Assembly (NCBI GenBank): GCA_030390025.1
Contig: CM059428.1
Coordinates: forward strand, 33,728,001 to 33,792,000
Reading direction: 5' to 3'
Source of the DNA: Squalus acanthias
Lineage: Eukaryota
DNA: 64,000 nt
Part shown: positions 26,505 through 39,761 of the stretch, piece by piece
Layout: the number at the start of each line of letters is the position of its first letter
Numbering within the stretch: the stretch's first letter is position 1
Notes under the pieces: model-generated
Seen by the model: the letters and a program-made list of their open reading frames with translations, nothing else
Databases searched by the model: none
What the model was told of the DNA's origin: nothing
Made by a program: the position numbers and the translations under genes

Positions 26505-29500
26505 CTGCATCATAAAAACATTTCACGTTAATATACACATCAGTAACTCATTTGCTGCAGCAGTCATGACGTACATTATACACTACAAAGACATTTTGCC
26601 AGACTTGTTACTAGGCAGCATATATCCTGTAGAACTAAATATGATAAAGTGTTTAATTTTCAAGGTGAGGAATGCAGTTCCAATAGTAAAAAGAACAATG
26701 AATATTTTGTGGCAATATTCTAAGAAAGCACAAAAAACATAACCTCTATAGTGTGCTCACCAGGCACTTGAATTTTCCACCTCAGGTGAAATTGCAGTTT
26801 CAGTGCTCTTCTGTTTGCTTGCGTCTCAGTATCAGACTTCCAAGATAGTCAATCAGGTGCATTCTGTACCACAAGGTGGTGAATTTTGAGACTCAAGTCA
26901 AGCTGCCAGCTATGGTTTAGACCTTCAATCTCTGGTGGAGCCAAATTGAATTTAGAAATGAAAGCAGTGATCCTCCTATCTGGTTTCACAGAAAGATGGT
27001 CCTATCTAAACTGGGCAAGAATAGATTTCTGCAACGTTGAATTCTGATGCTAAAAGATATACATAGCAAGTCATGCAAGTGATTGGTAAAACCGACTGCA
27101 GCAGGACTGTGCAGTACACTAAATTCAAGACTCATCCTTTATACAATACCATTTTAGTTGCTCACTTTCAGCTAAAGATTATAGTCTCAATTAAAGTTTG
27201 CCCAATAAAGTCCACGTATGTATGACACTAACTTCTAACAATAATTAGATTTTTTGCTGTTGGTTCCCACATACACATCCAATTATCATTTATTTTTCAA
27301 ACCAGATGCTCTTTATTTACTGGGAGAAATATTTTTGTCCCCCCTCACCTCCATGTGCCAGCAACTTGGGTCCACACTTTTTCAAATTTAGGGATGGGCA
27401 ATAAATGCTGGCCTTGCCAGCGATGCCCACATCCCATGAACGAATAAAAGGAAATTGCTCTCAAATCGAAGCACTAAAAGCAACTTTCAAAATGCAGACC
27501 TGCATTTGTCTATGAGTTCTTTATCCAGGGTATTATGAAGTAGCATTCACAAGAACAAAACATTTTTAAAGTCAGTAATATACATGGAGTAAACCCAAAA
27601 CAAACCTACTGCAGTTCTTGAAGGATTAATTGTGCTACAACAGATGTGTGGTGTGTCAACATACTTATCAAGACTATGAACATACACAACATATGACTGG
27701 CTAGAGAGCTAATCCACAAATAAAGCAGAGAATAGCAAAAGAGGAATGCGATACCACTGGAAAGAAACTTCGTTTGAAATAAACGTAGTGTCATAGGACT
27801 CCAGGTGTTTTACAGAGCAACAAATAATGTTTTGTCAAGGGTATCACCATGCCACAGATCAGTTTGTCACAAGACAGATGTGTAAAGCTATGTTGTAAAA
27901 CAGCTGATGAGATAGGACACCCATCTCTCCCTTGCCACCACAGTCCCCAATACGTATAACTTGGAAGTCATTATCCATTAGGTCATCACTTTGTACAAGA
28001 AAATGTTTTTGCATTTAAATTGGGAAACTCTTGAATAAAAAAAATGTTGGCTGACACGAAGGGTACACCTGGAACTAGAAGCAAAAACATTCTTCGAGTA
28101 TACTTGGGGTTTCAGAATGCTATTATTCTGTTTTGTCTGAAGAAATCTGCTCAGGCTCTAAATTACAACAGTTTGAGGTCTACTGTAAAACCTTGTGTTC
28201 AGATAATATTTTCAGGGTCTACTTTTACTTTGTAAATAGAGAACTGCAGGTAGTACAGCTGTGAAAGTAATAAAGTAGGAAGCTCAAAATCACAAATCAG
28301 AGGCATAATGAAAAGAAAATAGAAAACATTAAAAAAGGAAGATTGTTGGAAATAGATAAATTTGAAAGTAACAGAAGTGGTAACAGCCAATAAGGAATAA
28401 TTACTTTAATGCCATCTGTAAAAAGAGTTAATTATTGAAATATTGTGCCAGGAAAAATACCAAGAAGAAAAACAGAGCAAATGAAGCAGAGTGTGTCATG
28501 CATGGAACTGTTGTGGCAAAAACTAAAATAAGCAGCTGACTTGTACACAGGTGGCTTTTTCACTGGGATTTTATATAAACCGCACTTAGCTCGGAACTAA
28601 TAGCCGCAACACCTTGCCTTCTTTATAAGTTAAACTCAGCTCCGGTTCAAAATGATCTTTAAAAAAAAATACTGTAATGTTAACTTACTCTTTGTATTTT
28701 GTTCCAAAAGCAAGGCCATCTGCTACTAGCAGCCATCTGAGAGAAACCTTGGAACCAACACTAGTTCTCGAAATAAATAAAATTATGAAAACAGAGTTTG
28801 GCAAAGCGAGCAAGTCTTTTCTCTACTTAAAATGTGGGACTTGGGACAGAGGAAGTTACAGTACTTCAGTTACTAATCTTTTGAAAGTTTTTTCTTCCAT
28901 CTTTTCCCCTTGTTTTTGTTATTCCTCTGAGCAGGACATAAGAATTGCAGCCATTCTGAAGGCAATAGAGAAGATAAAATGACAAATGTAGTAAATGTGT
29001 TGTTTACTTTCAAAGTTCTTTTGAGAAAGGATGGAATTGAAAGTGAAAGGAGACTCTTTTAATTGCTTGAAATGCATTAAAGTTGCTTCTTTGGAACAGG
29101 AAATTACTGAGCTTCTAAAGGAAGGATTATTAGCTTTAATGATTGACTGGAGGCTCGGAGTAAAAACAAGAACCTGGTGTTTGTGAAATACTAATTGCTG
29201 GAGAAGATGAGTTTCAGGAAGGATGGGGCTCATTTAACCCAGTTGGGGGATGAAAGGTTAGTCCAGAGTGTAGAAAAAGCAATTGGGAAATATTTAAACT
29301 AATTGGGCTCATATAGCTAATTCGGTGTGCAGTTCCTCTAGGGCCAGGACCAATGTGCAGCTGATGCCAATACTAAAAACTTATATAGTCCAAATTGGAG
29401 GGAAGGCAGCCATTTATGGGAAACCATGTGAGGCATGCAAGCCCTTAACACACTATGTAAATGCTGTAAGTGTAAGAAATGAAATGTTGGAATTGTAGGC

Positions 29501-30344
29501 ATATGCTTTTACAAAGCACTTAAAAATTATAAACATCTTTGAAGTGTGGTTGGATCTTGGATTATGGTTCCGATGTTTAGTAGCAAGGGTACAAGGGATT
29601 TTAAAGAATAGGGTAGGTCAGAGAGATGTAGCTGTGTCTATCCTCAACTGGTCAATCTCCCATAGTATTGGGCATGTTAAGTAGAATATGGTTTCTCTCT
29701 TACCTGGTTCTATTGTCTTTGTTTGTTTCCCCTTCTGCTTCTCCCTCCTCAAATTTAATTTATGATTCTCTCTCCAACTCTTCTGCCTGTCTGTCTTTTT
29801 CCTTTCAGTTGAAAGGTGGTGGATGGCTTGGCAAGATAGAACCACAAACAGCTGTATGTGGCATTTGGGATGGGGTTTATGGGGGAAAATGTGGCTTAAT
29901 TCCCATCTCCACTACCATCTCTTCTGCCTGGCCCCAATCTCTCATTGCCACCATATACCATAGCCTCTCCTACAACCGCCTCACTCCCACAGCTACTTGC
30001 TGCTTCCCTTCTGAATTATCTGCTCAACCCCTTTATCCTCCCCTCCCCCACTGTCTCAAAGGGCAGGTGGGGAGAGGCCAGAAGCACCCTCAACCTTTTT
30101 CTATCTTCCTTTCCCATCCAATGAGAAAAGACACTCTCTGCCTCGGTTTCCGCTTCACAGTTGTTACCAATCAGAACATTCAGCTCTTCGGTCAACAAGA
30201 CACAGGTGAGATTATCAGATGGCTTCAAAATGTAACTGCATTTTTCTTGAAAATTGAACAATCATTGGCATTTGGAAAAGCATACTTTCTCAGCTTAAAG
30301 TTTATAGTAAACAAAACAGGTGTGCAATTAGTTGTTATTTCTCT

Positions 30345-30367
30345 CACACACACACACACACACACAC
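30345..30367. repeat. (CA)n microsatellite
   Basis: Direct read. Confidence 0.9.
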
Positions 30368-32122
30368 TGCCCGAATAAAGCTTTTGAAATTTTACCTCTA
30401 GGTTTTCAAATGTAATCTTGAAAAACAACTGAACAAAAACTCCAAGAAGCTGAAGAAAAATATTCCAGCAATACAGCTGACAGAATGGTAATGATACTTC
30501 CTAGAAAATAAGGTACATTTCATATGCTTAGACTGCACAATAGAAATTCAGCTCATGCATTCCAGCTCTTGGCAAAAATATCAAGTCCAAGCCAAGAATT
30601 TAGCGAAAGGCTGAGGCCTTTAAGTAGGAACTTCAAGGAAGGCATAGAGCGTCACATACAGTCACAAGTGTTAGCCAAAAGCACAGCACAGGACTTTTGA
30701 ATGGAAAGGTGTTCGAACATATTGATTTTAAACATTGAGGTTTTAGAGACAATACAGCACAGATTCACTAGAGTGCTGCCTGGTATGAGGAAATACAAAA
30801 TATGAAGACAGACAAAAGTTGTAGCTTTTTTTTGTTCGAACAATGCAGATTATGGGGCAATATGATAGTGTTTAAAATTATGAAAGGATGGGTCAGGGTA
30901 GATGGAATCAGACTGTTTCTAGTAGTTGAAGGGTCCAGAAGAGGATTAGATACAAAATTAAATCTAAGATTTAAAACAGAATAAAAGAAACTTCTTTACA
31001 GAGTTGTGATGCTGAGGAATTCACTTCCAAGGTTAGTGGTTAAGGCAGAAACAATGTCAACATTCAAGATTAGACTGCATAAATGGTTGAAGGGATATGG
31101 GAATGGGGCAGGTATGTAATTAGGAATGTTTGCTCGTAAGAAAGATAAATCCTGACATGGACTGGTTGGACATGTTTTTATGTTATAACTTCTATGTATG
31201 TAATTTTTTTGCAATAGTGAGCGTGGATACTGGAGAACAGAAAGGAGTGAAAACAATTTGGGTGAAGCTGGATCAGGGAATTGATCCAAAGCTGATTTCT
31301 CTCTCCTGTTACAGCCCTCCAGGCTGATAGGTTCCTGTATTGTTGAACCTGTCAGAAAATTAGAAGGACAGAACCTTGTATTGTTGCGGTCATGGGGGAA
31401 TTTCAATTATCAACCATTAATCAGGCTAATTGGGCAGCCAAGTCTGGTGGAAGACAGGCAGAAATATTTGTTGATATGGTCATGGTTGGGCAAATTACTA
31501 CAGTAAATAATTTAATGTTAGTACCATATTTCATGAGAGCTCAATTTTCACGAGGGAATACTTGGGCAAGGAAGATTGGGGTATGCTGTTGGACAGAAAT
31601 AACTGATACAAAATAAAGTTTATTTAATTCTATACTCACAGGCTTGTATGTTCCTCAAACAGTAAAGCCTAAATGACTAAATCAGAAGTGCATAGGGAAA
31701 TAATGTTTAAAAAAAAAATCAGTGTAAAGTAAGCAACCGTCAAGAAAGTAGGCATGGTTAAAAGAAATGGCTGATGATAACTAAAGCCACTATTATATGT
31801 GCTAAAAATGCATTTGAAATGTTAAAGTTTTGTTTGGTTAGGTCAGAAGCCAGAAAATGACTAAAGACCACATTGGTCCTTTGGTAGTTAGGAATGAGGA
31901 TCAAGTTATGGTTGAAGTGCTTAACAGACACTTAACCAGATTTCACTTCGGAAAATACCAAGGTGGCAGCAGTGTTACTAACTAGGGGCTGGTGATTAAA
32001 TTTATTCAATAAAGTAATTGCACAAATGGTTTTGGGAAAAGGCTGAGCATGCTGCTGGACCCAATACCATATACCCAGAGTGCTGAAATGTATTACACGA
32101 GCTATTGATTCATATATTCTAT

Positions 32123-32887
32123 GGCCCAGATTTTGCAGTCGGTATGATGGCGTACTCGAGTACGCCATCAAACCGCCTTTGAAATGGACTGCACGTTTCA
32201 GCATGCACTAAATCCCAAACTTGCGATGTCAAATACCGACTTGACACATGATCCGCACCAACATGGAAGTCATAATTGCTGGCGCACAGATGGGCTAAAT
32301 GCCCACCAACTGCCCAGCAATTACGCCTAAAATTTTTACGGCTGGTGCAAACAGGCACAGCAGCCTGTTTGCACAGCGCAAGGGGATAACCTTTTGGGAA
32401 TCCAAGTATATATTTAATTTTAAAAGCTTAAATTACAAGCCAATCTTTCAAACTTACCGTCCGCCCCTTTCAGAGTAGAAAACGCTTCCAAAAATGTTCA
32501 ATAATATACAAAATAACATTCCACTGGCATATATTCTCTTTTTTATTTTTGGATGCGAATAGAAAGCTGCTGCATTTTACTTGAATGTTGCAAGCATTTA
32601 CATATAAAGTCATTTCCCACGATAAAAATTCAGTTGGCTCGTGAGTGAGACACTGGGGGTGAATGAGATTACTTCAGTTTCCTGATTGGAGCACCGGCCC
32701 ACGTGATCCCAGGTACGCTTCCACACACGGTGCGACACTGGGATCTGTGGGCCACTACGCTGCCCTCTACTACGCAGTGTCTGCCAGCAAGTTTTCGAAG
32801 GAAGGTCCCCATCAGCTAAGTGCGCATTCCGTTCGGATGCCGGTGGCATAATCCTTAATTATTGCGGTTGGCTGCAATATCAGTGTC
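32123..32887. mobile_element. Harbinger/PIF-like multi-hairpin MITE, inverted relative to the 50.1 and 50.9 kb copies
   Basis: Ends ggcccagattttgcagtc / ggctgcaatatcagtgtc; flanks tat/aat; perfect 26-bp palindrome 32145-32170; ggcccacgtgatcccagg block shared with the 50-51 kb copies. Confidence 0.7.
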
Positions 32888-33553
32888 AATAGCTATTTGA
32901 GGTCTGGGCTAGTTCCAGTGGACTGAAGAGGAGGTTCATGTGGTCCCAATATTTAAATGAAAGAAATGAGACCCCAGGAATGATCAGCCTGTCAGTTTGA
33001 TGTTGGTAAGATAATGGTATGGGATATGACATGATAGTTGGTAGTTTAGCAGTTGGGGAATATTAGTATGGCTTGAGTGAATGGAGGTCCTGCCTCACTA
33101 ACCAGATTGATCTGAGAAAGTGAGCAAATTAGTGGATGATGACAGTCCAGTAGAAGTTATAATCAGGTCACGAGTGGAGTCCTGCAGATTCCATCAGGAC
33201 CATTGCTGTTCATCATCCTCAGTGATGATTTGGTTGAGGGCAATTAATGGAACCATTCACAAATTTGTACATAGAATTACATAGGATATACAGCACAGAA
33301 ACAGGCCATTCGGCCCAACCAGTCCATGGCGGTGTTTATGCTCCACTCGAGCCTCCTCCCGTCTTTCCTCATCTAAATCTATCAGCATAACACTCTCCCT
33401 CATATGCTTGTCTAGCCTCCCCTTCAATGCATCTATACTTTTTGCTTCAACCACTCCCTGTGGTAGCAAGTTCCACATTCTCACCACTCTCTGGGTATAG
33501 AACTTACTTCTGAATTCCCTGTTGGATTTCTTGGTGACTATCTTATACTGATG

Positions 33554-33772
33554 CCATTGGACCAAGACCTTGCTCTGTCAATCCCGTGTGGTGGCTGGTG
33601 TGCAACAGCCACCCCACGTTAAAAGAATTCACGCACAGGCATCTTCCACCCTTTAAAATGAAGTTCGGGACCTGGAACGTCAGGACCCTCATGGCTCGCA
33701 ATGGACTCATCAGTCGCCTGAGAACTCATTTTTAATGTGGAAGCAAGTCATCCTCGGTTCCGCCTAAGAAGA
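33554..33772 (+). mobile_element. Bipartite non-autonomous RTE derivative (5' end fused to 3' end)
   Basis: atgaagttcgggacctggaacgtcaggaccctc encodes MKFGTWNVRTL (RTE APE start), joined to a GLISRLRTH-like C-terminus; aagaaga tail; gatg repeated on both sides. Confidence 0.75.
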
Positions 33773-35332
33773 GATGGCCTCCAGTTATGCTCTTCCCCAC
33801 AAGTGGAAACAGTCTCTCTGTACTCCATCAAAACCTTTCATAATTTTAAAGACCTCTATTAGGTCACCCCTCAGCCTTCTTTTTTCAAGAGAAAAGAGAC
33901 CCAGCCTGTTCATCCTTTCCTGATATAGATACCCTCGCATTTCTGGCATCATCCTTGTAAATCTTCTCTGCATCCTCTCCAGTGCCTCTATATCCTTTTT
34001 ATAATATGGTGACCAGAACTACACGCAGTACTCCAAGTGTGGTCTAACCAAGGTTCGATACAGGTTTAGCATAACTTCCCTGCTTTTCAATTCTATCCCT
34101 CTAGAAATAAACCCCAGTGCTTGTTTTTTTTTATGGCCTTGCTAATCTGTGTCGCAACTTTTAGTAATTTGTACTCCGAGATCCCTTTGTTCCTCGACTC
34201 CACCTAGACGCGTGACCTCCCTATTCTTCTTACCAAAATGTAATGTCACACATTTAATCGGTGTTGAACTTTATTTGCCAATTATATGCCCATTCTGCAA
34301 GTTTATTAATGTCCTCCTCAGTATTGAATATCCCCCCCCAATTTGGTGTCGTCCACAAATTTAGAAATTGTGTTTTTGATTCCAAAGTCTAAATCGTTAA
34401 TATAAATTGTGAACAACAGTGGTCCCAGCACTGATCCTTGTGCAACACAGCTGTGAGGAGGGATGATGTGTTGGAGGGATCATCAAACGAGGCCACATGG
34501 GTCGAATTGAAAAACAAAAAAAGGGGCGATCACACTGCTGGGAGTGTACTACAGACCCCCAAACAACGAGAGGGAGATAGAAGAACAAATATGTAGACAA
34601 ATTTCTGAGAAGTGCAAAAACTATAGGGCAGTAATAGTAGGGGATTTCAACTACTCCAATATTAACTGGGATAAAATTAGTGTGAAGGGTATAGAAGGTG
34701 CGGAATTCCTAAAATGCATCCAGGAGAACTTTTTTAGCCAGTATGTAGCAAGCCCAACAAGGGAGGGGGCAGTTCTGGACTTAGTTTTAGGGAATGAAGC
34801 TGGGCAGGTAGAAGGCGCATCAGTGGGGGAGCATTTTGGTGCTAGTGACCATAATTCTGTTAGATTGAAGGTAGTTATGGAAAAGGACAAGGATAGACCA
34901 GGAATAAAAATTCTAAATTGGGGAAAAGCAAATTTTGCTAAGCTCAGGAGGGGATTTAGCCATAGTGGACTGGAAACAACTACTTGAAGGTAAATCAGTG
35001 TCAGTGGGAGGCATTCAAGGAGGAGATCCGGAGGATTCAGACCCAACATGTGCCCTTAAAGAAAAAAGGTGGGACTAACAGATCTAGAGCCCCCTGGATG
35101 TCTAGAGACGTACAGGGTAGGATAAAGAAAAAAAGGGAAGCGTATGACAGATACTGAGGGCTAAATACTCCAGAATCTTTAGAGGATTACAGAAAGTGCA
35201 GGGGTGCAATAAAAAATGATATTAGGAAAACAAAGAGCATGAAAAATTCTTGGCAAGTAAAATCAAGGAAAACCCAAAGATGTTTTATAAATATATTAAG
35301 AGTAAGAGGATAACTAAAGAAAGGGTAGGGCC

Positions 35333-35560
35333 TGACGTAAGAAAACTACTAGGCACTTGGTCTAAGCGTTAAACAAAGCTTTAATCAACTGTTTTACAAC
35401 ATGGAGGTCTAGTTGTGTCCTTCACTAGTTCCCGTTAAGAATGTCCTGCGCAAGCTGGGCCCGTGCCAGAGTATTTATACTCTCCCTGGACAGCGCCACC
35501 CACAGGCCACTCAGTATTATTTCATAAGTCATTTCCACATGAATGACAAGATTCATGTCA
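35333..35560 (-). mobile_element. Solo LTR (228 bp)
   Basis: TGAC...GTCA termini, ggcc on both sides, and minus-strand TATAAATA followed by ATTAAA; interrupts CR1 coding sequence. Confidence 0.75.
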
Positions 35561-36019
35561 GGCCCTATTAGAGATCATGAGGGTAATGTGTATGGAGGCG
35601 GGAGATGTTGGTAGGGTTCTTAATGAATACTTTGCGTCTGTTTTCACAAAGGAGAGGGGCAAAGCAGACATTGCTATCGGGGGGGAGGAGTGTGAAATAT
35701 TAGATGAAATAAACAAACATAGTGAGAGAGGAAGTATTAAGGGATTTAACAGCTTTAAAAGTGGATAAATCCCCAGGCCCGGATGAAATGTATCCCAGGC
35801 TGTTAAGCGAAGCAAAAGAGGAAATAGCAGAGGCCCTGACCATCATTTTTCACTCCTCTCTGGCTTCAGGTGTGGTGCCGGAGGACTGCTAATGTGGTAC
35901 CCTTGTTTAAAAAGGGAGAAAAGGATAGACCGAGTAATTGCAGGCCAGTCTGCCTAACCTCGGTGGTGGGAAAATTATTGGAAAGAATTCTGAAGGACAG
36001 GGTAAATCTGAAGGACAGG

Positions 36020-37909
36020 GGATTAATTAAGAGGGGGAAAATAGAATGTGAGAGTAAGCTTGCAGGGAACATAAAAACTGACTGTAAAAGCTTCTATAGA
36101 TATGTGAAGAGAAAAAGATTGGTGAAGTCAAGCGTAGGTCCCTTGCAGTCAGAATCAGAGGAATTTATAATGGGGAACAAAGAAATGGCAGACCAATTAA
36201 ATACATACTTTGGTTCTGTCTTCACAAAGGAGGACACAAATAAACTCCCAGAGATGTTGGGGAACATAGGGTCTAATGACAGGGAGGAATTGAATGAAAT
36301 CAGTATTTGTAGGGAAATGGTGTTAGGGAAATTGACAGGATTGAAGGCCGATAAATTCCCAGTGCCTGATAATCTACATCCTAGGGTACTTAAGGAAGTG
36401 GCCCTAGAAATAGTAGATGCATTGCTGGTCAGCTTCCAAAATTCTATCGACTCTGGAACAGTTCCCATGGATTGGAGGGTAGCTAATGTAACCCCACTAT
36501 TTAAAAAAGGTGGTAGAGAAAAAACGGGGAATTATAGACCGGTAAGCCGGACATCGGTAGTGGGGAAAATGCTAGAGTCCATTATAAGAGCACTTGGAAA
36601 ACAGTGACAGGATCGGACAAAGTCAACATGGATTTACAAAAGGTAAATCATGCCTGACTAATCTACTGAAATTTTTTGAGGATGTAACTGGTAGAATAGA
36701 TAAGGGAGAACCAGTGGATGTGGTGTATTTGGACTTTCAGAAGGCTTTCGATAAGGTCCCGCATAAGAGATTAGCGTGCAAAGTTAAAGCACATGGGATT
36801 GGGGGTAAGGTACTGATTTGGATAGAGAACTGGTTGGCAGACAGGAAGCAAAGAGTTGGAATAAACAAGTCTTTTTCCGAGTGGCAGGCAGTGACTAGTG
36901 GGGTACCGCAGGGATCAGTGCTAGGACCCCAGCTATTCACAATATATATTAATGATCTAGACGAGGGAACTAGATGTAATATCTCCAAGTTTGCAGACGA
37001 CACAAAGCTGGGTGGGCGTGTGTGCTGCGAGGAGGATGCAGAGAAACTCCAGTATGATTTGGACAGGTTGGGTGATTGGGCAGATGCATGGCAGATGCAG
37101 TACAATGTGGATAAATGCGAGGTTATCCACTTTGGTAGCAAAAACAGGAAGACAGATTATTATCTGAACGGCAATAGATTGGGAAAAGGGGAAGTGCAAC
37201 GAGATCTGGGAGTCCTTGTGCACCAGTCACTGAAGGTAAGCATGCAGGTGCAGCAGGCGGTTAAGAAGGCAAATGGTATGTTGGCCTTCATAGCGAGAAG
37301 ATTCGGGTACAGGAGCAAGGATGTCTTGCTGCAGTTGTACAGGGCCTTGGCGAGACCACACCTTGAGTATTGTGTGCAGTTTTGGTCGCCTTATCCGAGG
37401 AAGGATGTTCTTGCTATGGAGGGAGTTCAGCGAAGATTTACCAGACTGATACCTGGGATGGCAGGAATGACGTATGGAGAGAGATTAGGTCGATTAGGCT
37501 TATATTCGCTCGAGTTTAGAAGAATGAGAGGGGATCTCATTGAAACTTATAAAATTCTAACAGGACTAGACAGACTAGATGCAGGAAGGATGTTCCCGAT
37601 GGCAGGGGAGTCCAGAACCAGAGGTCACAGTCTAAGGATAAGGGGTAAGCCATTTAGGACTGAGATGAGGAGGAATTTCTTCACCCAGAGAGTGGTGAAC
37701 CTGTGGAATTCTCTACCACAGAAGGCACTTGAGGCCAATTCATTAAATATATTCAAGAAGGAGTTAGATATATTTCTTCAGGCTAAAGGGATCTGGGGAG
37801 AAAGCAGGGACAGGGTACTGAATTTGGATGATCAGCCATGATCTCATTAAATGGCGGAGCAGGCTCGAGGGGCCGAATGGCCTACTCCTGCTCCTATCTT
37901 CTCTGCTTC
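36020..37909 (+). mobile_element. Young CR1 LINE fragment with an open RT frame, nested in another CR1
   Basis: ORF 36594-37841 (415 aa) is uninterrupted: [29 protein letters not shown]; own 3' tail at about 37870-37909. Confidence 0.93.
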
Positions 37910-39655
37910 TATTTAGAAAGACATGGATTAATCAAGGATAGTCAGCATGGATTTGTTAAGGGAAGGTCGTGTCTGACAAACTTGATTGAATTTTTTGAGG
38001 AGGTAACAAGGAGGGTAGTGCGTTTGATGTAGTGTATATGGACTTTAGCAAGGCTTTTGATAAGGTTCCACATGGCAGATTGGTCACGAAGTTAAAAGCC
38101 CATGGGATCCGGGGCAAAGTGTCAAGTTGGATTCAAAACTGGCTTGGAGACAGGAAGCAGAGGGTAATGGTTGATGGGTGTTTTAGTGACTGGAAGGCTG
38201 TGTCCAGTGGGGTTCCACAGGGCTCAGTACTAGGTCCTTTGCTTTTTGTGGTATATATCAACGATCTTGACTTGAATATAGGGGGTATGATTAAGAAGTT
38301 TGCAATTGATACTAAAATCGGCTGTGTGGTTGATACTGAAGAAGGAAGCTGTAGACTGCAGGAAGATATCAAATAAATTGATCAGGTGGGCAGAACAGTG
38401 GCAAATGGAATTCAATCCGGAGAAGTGTGAGGTAATGCATTTGGGGAGGGCTAACAAGGAAAGGGAATACACATTAAATGGTAGGACCCTGAGTAGTGTA
38501 GAGGAACAAAGGGACCTTGGAGTGCATGTCCACAGATCCCTGAAGGTAGCAGGCCAAGTAGATAAGGTGGTTAAGAAGGCATACGGAATGCTTGCCTTTA
38601 TTAGCTGTGGCATAGAATACAAGAGCAGGGGGGGTTATGCTTCAACTGTATAAAACACTAGTTAGGCCTCAGCTAGAGTACTGCGTGCAGTTCTGGTCGT
38701 CACATTACAGGAAAGATGTGATTGCACTAGAGAGGGTACAGAGGAGATTTACAAGGATGTTGCCGGGAGTAGAGAATCTTAGCTATGAGGAAAGGCTGGG
38801 TCTGTTTTCCTTGCAACAGAGGAGGCTGAGGGAAGACCTTATTGAGGTGTATAAAATTATGAGGGGCATAGATAAAGTGGATAGAAAGGACCTATTTCCC
38901 TTCACAGAGGGGTCAAAAACCAGGGGGCACAGATTTAAAGTAATTGGTGGAAGGTTGAGGGGATTTGAGGGGAAATTTCTTCACCCAGAGGGTTGTGGGG
39001 GTCTGGAACTCACTGCCTGAAAGGGTGGTAGAGGCAGGAACCCTAACCACATTTTAAAAAGTACTTGGATGTGCACTTGGGATGCTCTAACCTGCAGGGC
39101 TACGGACCAAGAGCTGGGAAGTGGGATTAGGCTGGATAGCTCTTTGTTGGCCGGCGCGGACACAATGGGCCGAAATGGCCTCCTTCCGTGCTGTAACTTT
39201 CTATGATTCTATAACACTACTACCCACCTTCTGCCACTGTGAATAGCTACCTTTTACCCCTACTCTCTGCTTTCGGTCTTGAAGCCAGCTAGCTATCCAT
39301 TCTGCTGCTTGTCCCCTGACTCCGCATTCTCTGATCTTTTTCATCAGTTTATTATCGGGTACCTCATCGAAAGCCTTTTGAAAATCTAGATAAATTACAT
39401 CTACTGCATTACCATTGTCTACTCTCTCTGTTACCTTGTCAAAAAGTTCAATGAGGTTGTTCAAGCAAGACTTTCCCTTTTGAAATCCATGATGACTATT
39501 CATTACTATGTTTTTGGTTTTTAGAAATTCTTCTATTTTCTCCTTTAGTAGGGATTCCATTATTTTTCCTAACACCGATGTTAAGCTGACTGGTCTATAG
39601 TTCCCTGGACATGTTCTATCCCCCTTCTTAAATATAGGTATTATGTTAGTTATCC

Positions 39656-39761
39656 GCCAGTCCACTGGCACCACACCTTTTTCGAATGAATTATTAATTA
39701 TGTGTAGTGCCAGTCCACTGGCACCACACCTTTTTCGAATGAATTATTAATTATGTGTAGT
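39656..39761. repeat. Perfect 53-bp tandem duplication inside CR1
   Basis: gccagtccactggcaccacacctttttcgaatgaattattaattatgtgtagt occurs at 39656-39708 and 39709-39761. Confidence 0.95.

Larger units (their letters stand above)
29420..33250 (+). mobile_element. Scattered remnants of ancient CR1 copies
   Basis: Short relics LYVNA.SVRNEM (about 29450), VKTIWVKL and CYSPP (about 31250-31320), and a CR1 3' piece at 30680-31200; interrupted by other inserts. Confidence 0.5.
34449..39212 (+). mobile_element. CR1 LINE (APE to 3' tail) inserted into the minus-strand CR1
   Basis: YYRPP, VGDFNY and SDHN peptides (34544-34987); RT resumes at about 37910; TSD aacac at 34444-34448 and 39213-39217. Confidence 0.9.

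Noticed and set aside
29668-30378. 236-aa ORF with a signal-peptide-like start
   Set aside because: Non-ATG start, pyrimidine-rich low complexity, runs through a CA microsatellite, and resembles no protein family I recognise.
36594-37841. 415-aa reverse transcriptase as a domesticated gene or retron-like system
   Set aside because: Ordinary 5'-truncated CR1 ORF2 with its own 3' tail and no promoter or ATG.
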